From positions 11,374,552-11,438,551 of the forward strand of contig CM082584.2 of NCBI GenBank assembly GCA_040954595.2: a stretch of 64,000 nucleotides of DNA, read 5' to 3'. Position numbers and translations under genes: made by a program. Positions 49,401 through 59,903 of the stretch are shown here, one piece after another. Within the stretch, counting starts at the first letter, position 1, and each line of letters begins with the position of its first letter. This DNA comes from Balanoglossus misakiensis (taxonomy: Eukaryota > Animalia > Hemichordata). The notes under the pieces were generated by a model. The model did not search any database. It saw only the letters and a program-made list of their open reading frames with translations, and was not told the origin of the DNA.

Positions 49401-50861
49401 CATCTCACTTGATGCACTGTTGCTAACAGTCCGTAATAAACACATGCCAACCTTTCGTCTTGTTACCAGGGGTCTATGGAGATGTCCATCGTGTGAAAAT
49501 CATATTTGCAAAGAAAGACACTGCCTTAGTACAGTTGGCTGAACCACACCAAGCACAGACAGGTAATGAGATGTGCTTGTTAGATAAAAATATATAATTT
49601 GTAGTGTTCTGATGGTGCAAGTCTTGACATATGTATATACCTTTACTGGCTAAACTAGCATTATCTGCTACCTGTTAAGATTTCACTTGTATTTCCTATT
49701 ATTTTCAGCGATGACACATTTGAATGGAGTCAAAATGTTTGGTAAACCTCTCAGGATTACATTGTCGAAACATCAAATGGTTCAGCTCCCCAAGGAGGGA
49801 CAACCGGTCAGTAATACCTGCATTCTGTTATTAGTGGTCACCAGAGGTCAGGGGTGATGACCCCTGGGTGACCTTTACATCCTGGTGCTAAATTTGTTGA
49901 TATGATGTTGAATGAAATGACAAGTGTTCATGATTACATACTACTAACCTAGCTTTCCTTTGGTTGTCTTTTTATAACAGGATGCAGGGTTGACGAAAGA
50001 TTTCACAAGCTCTCCGCTGCACCGTTTCAAGAAACCAGGGTCAAAGAATTTCATGAACATTTACCCACCCTCAGCTACCTTGCATCTTTCAAACATTCCG
50101 TAAGTTTATACTCTGACTATCATCATCATCAGATATGCACATCCTTTAGAATGGTGACTCAAGGAATTCTAATTTCTTTCCAACAAAATACTTTTGGTGT
50201 TTGATGTCGATTTAGCGAAACATGATCTGACAAGACTTCTGTCCATTTTCTCTACAGTCCAAATGTTACAGAGCAAGATATCACAAGTGCCTTTACAAGA
50301 CATGGGTCGGTGAAAGCGTTCAAGTTTTTCCAGTAAGTAGCATAGTGGCCGACTATACACACTGTCATACAATGAAGCTGCCACCAAAGTATTAATACTG
50401 CCAATATTATTTTGTGATTCTCATGATGGAAACCGTGACCATAGTGTGGGTTTTGGTATGTCCCAGTATGGTCATAGAGGGCACTGTTACAGGAATATGG
50501 CAGGATGACAACAAACCAAGACAGTGTAATGTTACCATCATAGCTGATGCATCTCGTCTTAAATGTGCTGTTTGTTATACTCTTGCAGAAAAGATCGTAA
50601 AATGGCCTTAATACAGATGGGATCAGTTGAAGAAGCAGTTACAGCGCTCGTGGTGAGTTGTACAGTAATGATCAGTTCTATCGACCATCCCAGCTCAGTA
50701 CCTTATTTCATATTTCTAGTCTGATATATAAATTAGAGGTGATTGTATTCCTTTAATATAATGTGTCTTTATTTTTGTTTTCTTTTCACCAGGCTATGCA
50801 CAATTACCAGTTGAGCAACTCCAGCCATTTGAGAGTGTCGTTTTCAAAAGCCACCATCTAA
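10406..50861 (+). CDS. PTBP1: Polypyrimidine tract-binding protein (PTBP1/2/3 pro-orthologue, hephaestus-like; 4 RRMs), ~557 aa
   Basis: 17 in-frame GT-AG exons: 10406-10416, 11376-11409, 33391-33513, 40416-40565, 40803-40949, 41478-41685, 41901-41959, 42215-42383, 44011-44106, 45262-45386, 48400-48433, 49470-49562, 49709-49806, 49981-50099, 50258-50332, 50589-50652, 50793-50861 (1674 nt). [21 protein letters not shown]; [18 protein letters not shown]; [28 protein letters not shown]; [19 protein letters not shown]; [33 protein letters not shown]. The symbol denotes the family; vertebrate paralogue assignment is not meaningful here. Confidence 0.96.
20188..20347. mobile_element. TTAA-flanked MITE (Kolobok-like), copy 1
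   Basis: TTAA-AAGAATACAATCACC ... GGTGATTGTGTACCT-TTAA; internal CCCATATATGG, CACCCAC, ATTGGCTAGAT and GCTAAATTT blocks are shared with 33135-33316. Confidence 0.7.
23828..23868. repeat. Short tandem duplication (22-nt period)
   Basis: CTATGTTGAACATGACTGA followed by CTATGTTGAACATAACTGA. Confidence 0.7.
29944..30042. repeat. ~100-nt imperfect palindrome (MITE-like hairpin)
   Basis: CTATAGCACCCGTTTATTACCCC pairs with GGGGTAATAAACAAGTGCTATAG; the inner GAGTTCCCGGAAT pairs with ATTCTGGGAACTC. Confidence 0.75.
33135..33316. mobile_element. TTAA-flanked MITE (Kolobok-like), copy 2
   Basis: Perfect terminal inverted repeats TTAA-AGGTATACAGTCACCT ... AGGTGACTGTATACCT-TTAA; lies ~75 nt upstream of the PTBP exon 3 acceptor. 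Confidence 0.8.
34757..34784. repeat. (CA)n microsatellite
   Basis: CACACA run, one interruption. Confidence 0.8.
39207..39248. repeat. Tandem duplication (21-nt unit x2)
   Basis: TGTTTAAAATGAAAACATTGG repeated twice. Confidence 0.8.
43921..43949 (+). repeat. (CT)n tract upstream of PTBP exon 9
   Basis: TCTCTC...TCTTTCTTC, ~30 nt upstream of the branch-like CTAAC (43981-43985) and ~60 nt upstream of the acceptor at 44010. Confidence 0.8.
44886..45020. mobile_element. Tc1/mariner(pogo)-type MITE
   Basis: TA-CAGTAAACCTGTCTAAACTG ... CAGTTTAGACAGGTTCTACTG inverted termini beginning CAGT after a TA dinucleotide. Confidence 0.7.
46263..46356. mobile_element. piggyBac-like MITE, copy 2 (best preserved, 94 nt)
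   Basis: TTAA-CCCTTTCACC ... GGTGAAAGGG-TTAA: TTAA target duplication and CCCT-starting TIRs. Confidence 0.8.
47404..47496. mobile_element. piggyBac-like MITE, copy 3 (degenerate)
   Basis: TTGACCCTTTCACCCCCGTTTCCCTA...ACAATAGGGTTGGAC...GGCGGTGAAAGTATTA aligns with the 46263-46356 copy. Confidence 0.65.
48400..48433 (+). other. 34-nt PTBP cassette exon (equivalent to PTBP1 exon 11 / PTBP2 exon 10)
   Basis: tag|CTGGTCACGCCTGAAGTTCTCTTTACTCTCTTTG|gtatgc encodes [12 protein letters not shown], which is required to complete RRM3. Confidence 0.92.
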
Positions 50862-53800
50862 AGAAGACAATATTTTTTTGTAATCATAATAAATACAAAA
50901 AAGAAGGCTGAACAATGACCGACAGTAGTGTAGTCAGTCTATGAAGACCAAAGAACTGCGACCAAATATCAACACTTTTCACTGCACCATTGCTGGGGGA
51001 CTAGAGATTTTTTTTTTTTACAAAGTTCCGTTTGTAGACAAGAGAATTTAAGCTTCCCGATACAGTAGAGAGAAGAGAGATTGTGTCCAAATTTGACGAG
51101 CAATAATATATGTATATGATGTTCCTTTGTTTTTGGGGGATACAATAAGGACTAAATATCGTAGGTTTAACATATTTTTCTTGGGTTTTTGGTTCAAAGT
51201 AAAGGTCAAGCAATATTCAGAAGTATAATAAGTAGCACTTTGCAGTTTTGTTTTTGATTTGACTGCAAACGTGAAAATTGGATTGGGTTGCTGGAGAAAA
51301 TCGATAGGGACTTAGCAACTTCCAGGTATCTTTAATCAACCTTCACAAGTGCAGTAATAAGGTCTTGGTCCTCTGGCAATGGGCAGACAAAGTGTTGATA
51401 GGATCAGAAATAAAAAGAAAATACATTTTTTATATGTCATTCCACAGGCTGTGAATTTTCGGCCATGTTTTTACAGGGGGACTCGTATATATTGTACAGT
51501 GAAACGTCGTGTAAAAACCAGAAACTTTACAAAATGAGCCTGCTATGTTTAGATGCTGATAGGTCATCAAGAGGTCAAAGGTTAGGCGACCTTTTTGTGT
51601 TGTCCCCAATTCTTTAAAGCTCCATAGACTGCTAGTGAGCTGTTTTGTGTCATTTTTAACATGCCCGGCTGAAACGAGGGCAGTTTATAGTGTAATTAGT
51701 TTTCCACTCAGAAATGGTAACCATAGGAGAATTTTATATTTGGATAAATTGTATTTTGCCGTTTTATTTGTTTTCTTTCAGTATATATTTTTTTTGCAGT
51801 GTGTTAACTTGACATTGTGAACTTTGATCTTTAACCTTTGTTCCCCTTCCTGAAGTGAGAGACAGCCAAGATGGCCACTGTGACAGTTATTTCCCTAGCC
51901 TGTTCCTGTCAAGTATTTTCAGTTTGAGTTCAGTGAAGAACACTTTATCATTTACGATAGGAAAGAGAGCGTTTGATTCTCATTAAACAGGGCATTTACA
52001 AATTCTGAGAAATTCCGCAATTTGTCCTGCATATAGGAATTTTTTCTTCAAAAGCTGAAATCATCAGTGCTGTCGTGAAAAGTAGTGAAGATGGCTTTAT
52101 GTTACATCGTCCAACATGTTTCTCACCGGTGAATGTTTTATCTATGGGTGCTGTCGATTTGCTGTGCAACAGAGATAGTATTCCATTAGGTTTCTGACAG
52201 TGTTACAAAAACTTACATCTTCAAATTGTTTTTTTGTATCTATACGAGGTAGATCCTAACACATATACATACCAACACAGTGCCCACCTTGGCTGTTGAT
52301 TCTTCTGATAACCTCCCATGTGTATTTGACAAGATCCTATTCTTTCCTTGGGGGATTGTTGTATTCCATAGGGTGGAAATCTTACTCACAGAACTGCTCA
52401 ATATGATCACTTCAGTTATTCCATAAAGGGTAAACAGTTTCTTTCGTGTTTGAGATTTTTTCAAGTTAAAAAAAAATAATAACTATCCCAAGGCTTGATT
52501 ATATATTTTGGTATTTTTGAAAGTTTGGTGTATGTTACGGGAGTATATTATTTATATATATATCAAACATCTAGTCATTTGATTGTTAATGATAGTTCTT
52601 GTACGTTTCAAATTTTGTCATTTTCACGTAATTAAATACTATGGACTGATTTCTATTATTGGAGATCGTAGTTGCTGCGAAAAAAGGTTCAATTCCAATA
52701 TTTCTATAGTGCCTTTATGACTTGAAGGATGAAGTCACTCAAAGATGGGTGTCGCACGGTGTGAAAAAGAGTCGTTGGTGTCACATCTGTCAGTTGCTAG
52801 GCGTCGCTTAAAAACTATCACAGTTACAGTTCTTAACATTTGATGGATTGCAGTATGATTTTATGATTAGGGGTCGGGGTCAGTCAAGTCCTGTCCCTCA
52901 CTGCACCCTTTCACCCCCTACATCGCGTCTATTTGGTACAGCCCTGATCTCTGAATACAAAGCAGTGGGATCAGACGGAAAGGGGGGCATTCTGTACTGA
53001 AATCACTAGTCTTGAAGTGTACGAGTAAAACTGGCAGTGTGTGACACCTGAGATCCACCAGAAGACATGGGTTTTTTTAGCACTAAAATGCTTCAGCTGT
53101 GTACATTTATTGGGGCCTTCTGTCTGTTCATCGTAACATAACTGCGTTAGATGACAGACAACTAATAATTATAGTCAGTACGTTTCTGTAAAGTAGACTT
53201 TCTTATTAAAACGGGGCTTTTGAAACAATCTCCATTTTTTCTGTTTTAGGCATCTTGTTCTCTATCCCTAGTTGTCTCTTATTAACAATTTTTAGTGTTA
53301 TCAAAATATAAAGCAAATAAGATTCTAGACTTGTCATAATGTTTAGGTATTTTGATGAGTGACATTATACACAGAATATTTCCCTTTATTTAGCTTTTTT
53401 CTCTTTGATGTTCTTTTGTTAGTGGTTCTTTCAAATTCCAAAATGCCTAGTATCTTTCTCTTTACTATCTTTGACGTCATTCGATTTTCAATGGTGCCGT
53501 TTCCTCTTTGGGCACTTACAGTTGCAGTTGTCAATCTTCACATGTTACTGTTCTACGTACTACCTTTTTTTGCAAACTTGCTTGCTCTCTTTCTCTCTGT
53601 CTGAACTAAAAATGTCAAGCAAAGCTACAAAACTTGAGTACATATCATTGAACGATGGTGATGCGCGAGACTTTTTTGAGTCTGTGCCGAAAATAAAAAG
53701 GGTAAAACACATGAGGCTCTGTCATTGTTTTTAATAACTTTTGAACTTTGAACTCATGTAACCATAGAGACAGCGGTTATCTCTTAAACCATGATAAAAA

Positions 53801-54101
53801 AAGAACAACCCGTATGTATTTATTTATTTTCAGAATCAAGATATTTGAAATGAGGTATATCATGTACAGAAGTGGATTTTATATGGCTTTTGACAACAAG
53901 CAACTGAGTTTTTTTGATAAGTTTTTTTTTCTGTGTATTCATTGGAGAGCAGTTTGTGTAATCAAAAATCTGATTTTATTGAACATTAGTTGTATATTCA
54001 CAAGACTTATGTGTTTTTTTCCTCAATTTGGTGATCTGCATAGTGTATGTTACTTGAGATTTTACAACTTCTTATGAGTTGGATAATAGAAAAGAAATAA
54101 A
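50862..54101 (+). other. PTBP 3'UTR (~3.2 kb) ending at a polyadenylation signal
   Basis: U-rich, no credible ORF; AATAAA at 54096-54101 followed by a GU/U-rich downstream element (54115-54160). Proximal AATAAA signals also occur (e.g. ~51408, ~53692). Confidence 0.6.
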
Positions 54102-54180
54102 AATGGTAAATATGATTTTTTTGTAACTTTCGTTGTCTGGCGTTCTGTTGCTTTGTTTGTGCGAGTAAGAGATTGACATA

Positions 54181-54460
54181 AATATGGCGTAAACGTTAAA
54201 ACAGGGGATGTTTATGATGAAATGACGTGTGCCTTGTGAAATATGTGCATGTATTCGTCGAGCCGCCCAATTTGCATAATACTAACAAAAACAAAAGAAC
54301 CGAGAAAGATTAGTATTGAGGGCGTCCATAGAAAGCGAAATCGAGGCTACATCCGTATTTGACGTCATAAGTATACGCCGACACAGGAAAACACCCTCGC
54401 GTGTGACACATACCGGTGAAACAGACAGCCCCCTGGGTGGGAAAGTAATCATTTTTAAGT
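54181..54460 (+). promoter_or_regulatory. GAK promoter / 5'UTR
   Basis: YY1-like AATATGGCG (54181-54189), GC box CCGCCC (54263-54268), octamer ATTTGCAT (54270-54277), palindromic CRE TGACGTCA (54360-54367); CpG-richer than the flanks. Confidence 0.5.
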
Positions 54461-57400
54461 ATGACAGACCTGTTCAGGTCTGCCCTGGGTTACCTCAGTG
54501 GAGGACAGGGTGAGAGAAACAGCGATTTTGTCGGCCAGTTGGTCGAACTAGGCGAGCACAAACTGCGAGTCAAGCGAGTGATCGCGGAAGGTGAGTTCGA
54601 TCCCGTTATTATATCATTATCAGTAATAAATTGCATCATTTCACTGCCTTTTTTACCGTTCGCTAACATCGATTTATCTAAATCCAACGCAGGTGGTTTC
54701 GCCTTCGTCTTTGTGGCCCAAGATGTTTCAAATGGCAAAGAATATGCTCTGAAGGTAAGTTCCTGTTCATTCAATCACCACCACCATACAGTAGACGTGT
54801 GTGTTGTATGTTGACTGGGTCAACGGTCATTGTCCTGTTATCCGTTGTTCCTTCATTTTTCTTGACTAGACAAAAAAGACCCAATAAATCAAGGTAAAAA
54901 TCACGTTACTTTATGTGACCTGGTCCAAAAGAAGGAATTTAATAATGAAAATTAACCTGATATGTAACTATGCTTACTGACATCCCTTTTTTTTTTACAG
55001 AGGTTACTTGCAAATGATGAGGAGAAGTCCAAAGCCATCATTCAGGAAATAACAATACTTGTATCCTTTGAAAACTAAATCTCTGTGGTGACATCCCATC
55101 ATGGGTGAAGATCTTGATTATTTCAGTTTTGACGCATGAACTGTTGTGGAATTATTCAATTACATGTAATTACCTCATGCGTTTCCCTTGACAACGGTAA
55201 ATCAGAAAAAGCTATCTCCCCATCCAAATATAATCCACTTCCACCAGGCAGCATCCATAGGAAAGGACGATTCAGACCATGGCCAATCTGAGTTCTTAAT
55301 CCTGACAGAGTTGTGCACAGGTAAGGTGATGCATTGCTACGGTACCTACATGTACAAATCGAAGCATATGATGGAGATTTAATTCGTATTATTTGGGAGA
55401 AATAGACAATTGCCCTCTATGGGCAGTTTGGAGAGTAGTCTGAAGGGTGACAAATTAACCCCCCCCCCCCCCCTGCCACGTTGAGAACAAGAATGCTTTG
55501 ATACATGTTTGTAGTGGCCCTGATATACGTCATCTATACAAAGGGTGACCTTGCATTGTGTGTGTGATTATAAGGACAGATTGATATTCATAACACAAAA
55601 TGTACCGTGCTCACCAAAATTAATATATGTGAATTTCATTCGCCAGATGTCATTGAGGTTACATGTTATGTCTGTTGTTTGTAGATAGAATACTGTATGC
55701 ATTTTCAACAGCTGTGCTGCTCATCTGTTTGTTCTAATGTATGAATGTGGGCCCATCAATAGTGAGTTTCAGCTGCACATTCTGTAGCAGGATGCCCAAT
55801 AGTGGACCATGCATATTCAATTTTAAACGTTGGATTTTCTTTGATTTCAGGAGGTCAGTTGGTAGACGTTATAAACACCAGACAGACACCACTCAGTTGT
55901 GAACAAATATTGTTGGTATTTTACCAAACCTGCAAAGCGGTCCAACATATGCATAAACAGAAACCAGCCATTGTACATAGGGATTTAAAGGTAACACTGG
56001 GTTTTCTTCCCATTCATTGCTGCACATGTCAGTCCCATAGCACCAACAGAAATGTACATTGATGGAGATAGTCTTAGATTGACAGACAGAGTGACACAAA
56101 TGGATGGATAGAGAAAGCCAGAGTTTTTCAAAATATTTTTATGTTTGTCTGGTTTCCTTTCCAGTTGGAGAATTTATTGATCAGTTCTAAAGGCACCATA
56201 AAGCTGTGTGATTTTGGAAGTGCGACAACTAAGGCTTACTACCCAGACGATACATGGAGTTCTATCAAGAGAAGTCTGGTGGAAGATGAGGTAGGAAGTT
56301 AAAAAAAATGTTTGACTGTTTTACAAGACATGTTGCCATGTGGATGATCACTGCAAAGTATATAGCATGCTTATACACTTGGTCATGTTGAAGCTGTCCG
56401 TATTTTTTTTTCACCATTTCAATGTTTATTTCCTCAGATTGCAAGTCAGACCACTCCGATGTATCGTACACCAGAGATGTTGGATCTGTATTTCAATTAT
56501 CCCATCAATGAAAAGTCAGATATGTGGGTAAGTCAGCGAATAAATTTTTCTTTCGTATCGTGTATGCAAATAGAAATACTGGAAAGTCTAACTGGCTGGG
56601 ATACTTGTACATGTACTTTTGTATGTCCACCATATATTTTGATGGAAATAAATTCTCTTTGTGTGACAGGCATTGGGTTGTGTGCTGTTCATGTTGTGTT
56701 ATAAGATTCACCCGTTTGAAGATTCCGCCAAGCTTCGGATCATCAATGCAAATTATCAACTACCTGAGGACGACACTACTTATGGGGTATTTCATGAACT
56801 CATACGTAAGTTATGACAATCACATCTCTTTTTCCGGGCCTGTCCTGCTTGTTGGTGCAATGAAAGAAGTGTGTCATTTCCAGGGATTAACCTGAGAGAA
56901 AATCCCATATTTTCTGATGAATTCCTGAACGCCTGATGTATTTATTTGCTTCTCCACCTACTGTTGCCTTCAGGTTCAATGTTTCAAATCGACCCAAGAG
57001 AGAGACCATCAGTCGGTGACGTCATCGGCAGGATACAAGAGATTGCGGCAGCTCGCAATGTCAACTTGAAAGCCGACATGAAACTGAAAGATAAAGAGAG
57101 CAGCAGTGAGGGAGAACTCGGCAGTCCACAACGGAGACCTCCGCCGAGACCTTCAGAACCACCCAGTAAGTGCGCTTGTTCATCCAGCTGATCACCCCTG
57201 TGTTTGCAATGGTGAGGTCCAACTCACTATGCTAGAAAACCTGCATCTACTGTTACATATATCGCATTTTTTGTTTCTCTTTCTGCGTTACAGCTAACCT
57301 GTCCCACGGCAGATACAGTGAAAGTGCTGTGGATGGAGGAAGTGGTTTGTTTGGTTTTATGAAGGACGGAGCAGGGTCCCTTTTCAAGAATATCAAAGAC

Positions 57401-59872
57401 ATGTCAAGCAAAGTCTCGGAAACAGTTTCCAGGTGACTATATCAGTCAATTCCATACTGCTGTTTCACAAAAATAATCACTATAGTGTCTTAAGATTGCA
57501 ACTTTGTCCAAAGATTATTCGCACACATATCACTCACTGTCTATGGGATTATTATTTCAGCCTGGCACGTACAGATCTGGATATATCCTACATCACATCT
57601 CGGATCCTCGTTATGTCATTCCCGGCTGAAGGCATAGAAGCAGCCTACAAGAACAATATAGATGAAGTGAGGGTCTTACTAGATTCCAGACACAACCAGC
57701 ATTACTACATCTTCAACTGCTGCCAAAGGACTTATAGGGCACTTAAGCTACGTAACAAGGTAAGAGTTGTTTGTCTATCTGTATGTATGTATGTATGTAT
57801 GTATGTATGTATGTATGTATGTATGTATGTATGTATGTATGTATGTATGTATGTATGTATGTATGTATGTATGTATGTATGTATGTATGTATGTATGTAT
57901 GTATGTATGTATGTATGTATGTATGTATGTATGTATGTATGTATGTATGTATGTATGTATGTATGTATGTACATTTGTATGTATGTATGTATGTATGTAT
58001 GTATGTGTGTATGTGTGTGTGTGTGTGTGTGCACACAGTTGTGTTCGTCAAAAGTGGTTATGGGAAATCTAAACACAATCGTTCTTCTCATCTGAATTGC
58101 CATAGGTTTCAGAGTACAGCTGGCCAACAAAGAAAGCACCTGATCTCAGAACACTGTATTTGGCGTGCAGGAATGTCTATCTGTGGCTGCAGAAAGATCC
58201 TAAGAATGTCGCTGTTATTCACTGCCTGGTAAGCCCTGGTGTCTTCTCTCATCGCTTTAGGTTATTCTCTGTAATGTGTTGGAAATTTGAATTCTATGTA
58301 GAAAATTGACACATTCCCTTGACACTGTCATTTCAGGATGGCAAAGCGTCGTCAGCAACACTTGTAGCAGCTTTCTTCGGGTTCTGTCGGCTGTTTGAAT
58401 CTATCGAGTCTAGTCTCTACATGTTTAACGTCAGAAGAGGGGCAGCCGGGGTCACGCCATCACAGAAAAGGTACGGTAAAAATTACTAGCAACATTAATT
58501 TTCCAAAAGTGAATTCATATATGTCAGGGGCAGGTAGCAGTTTTCCAGTCAGGTGTATCGGAATAAACATTTCAAATTTTCTTTTTCAGATACATGGGTT
58601 ACATTTACGACATGTTCCATCCTGAAAGGCCTCTGCTTCCTCACAGCAAGGTTGTCAGATTACAGAGGATCATCCTTCAACCAGTGCCACTGTTTAATAA
58701 GAGCAGGAATGGTTGTCGTCCGTTCTGTGAAGTGTTCCGTGGAGAAGAAAGAATTCTGACGACGTCACAAGAGTATGACAGAATGAGGTAAGGAATTCTT
58801 TTATTTCCATGCGCCATGTCCTTCCACGCTGCAAGAAACTATGAGGTCTGACATTGTGATAAGATTTGAGTCTTCATCTACCACCTTACCTGCATCATAT
58901 TTTGCATTTCAGGGGATTTTCAATAGATGATACCAAAGCCACAGTTGATTTGGACATTCCAGTAACTGGAGACATCATGGTGGTCTTGTATCATGCTAGG
59001 TCCACTTTTGGTGGCAAAATGCAAGGCAAGGTAAGTGATAATTAACAGCTGGACATGTCCACCATACTTTATTTATTCTTAATAATTACAAGGAAGTAGA
59101 AATGGAAAAAAAAATTTGATGTTCCTCCTCCTCCTCCTTTTCTGTTGCTTTGCAGGTGTCCAGTCCCCCTCCAGTCTGCTCCAGTCCCCCTCCAGTCTGC
59201 TCCAGTCCCCCTCCAGTCTGCTCCAGTCTGCTCCAGTCCCCCTCCAGTCTGCTCCAGTCCCCCTCCAGTCTGCTCCAGTCCCCCTGCTCCAATTCCCCTC
59301 CAGTCTGCTCCAGTCTGCTCCAGTCCCCCTCCAGTCTGCTCCAGTCCCCCTCCAGTCTGCTCCAGTCCCCCTCCATACCTCCTCCTCCTCCTCCATACCT
59401 CCTCCTCCTCCTCCATACCTCCTCCTCCTCCTCCTCCATACCTCCTCCTCCTCCTCCTCCATACCTCCTCCTCCTCCTCCATACCTCCTCCATACCTCCT
59501 CCTCCTCCTCCTCTTTTCTTCTTCTTCTTCTTCTTCTTCTTCTTCTTCTTCTTCTTCTTCACTAGTAATTTGACCTACTTTGAAACGTTTTGGGCAATGA
59601 ACTCAGCCTTGTGTACTGTAAGAGATAATGAACTTATTTTCTGTATATAGAATTTGTATAATCAGACTTGTATATCAGACTGTTAGGTTTTTTATAGAAA
59701 AAGGGCTTTTAACCTAACATATGGCAAGCACTAGACAATGAACATTTTTTCACTGTGTATATGTATAGATTTTATTTCTGTTGATTTACTTTCACCTGTA
59801 ACTGTACATATATTTTTATAGCTTTATAATTTGGTAAAGTTATATTAAATGGTGCTTGAAAATCAAAATCTT

Positions 59873-59903
<31 letters not shown>

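Noticed and set aside
57433-58232. Long ORFs with MYVC / HTYI repeats on both strands
   Set aside because: Translations of the intronic (GTAT)n microsatellite; only 57561-57759 and 58106-58228 are GAK exons.
59159-59375. Regular 21-nt repeats resembling a CRISPR array
   Set aside because: No unique spacers, eukaryotic intron context, no cas genes.
59069-59650. Six overlapping low-complexity ORFs (LQSPSS, GTGADWR, poly-E/G/P)
   Set aside because: Stop-free frames produced by the minisatellite in GAK intron 15; no splice integration.
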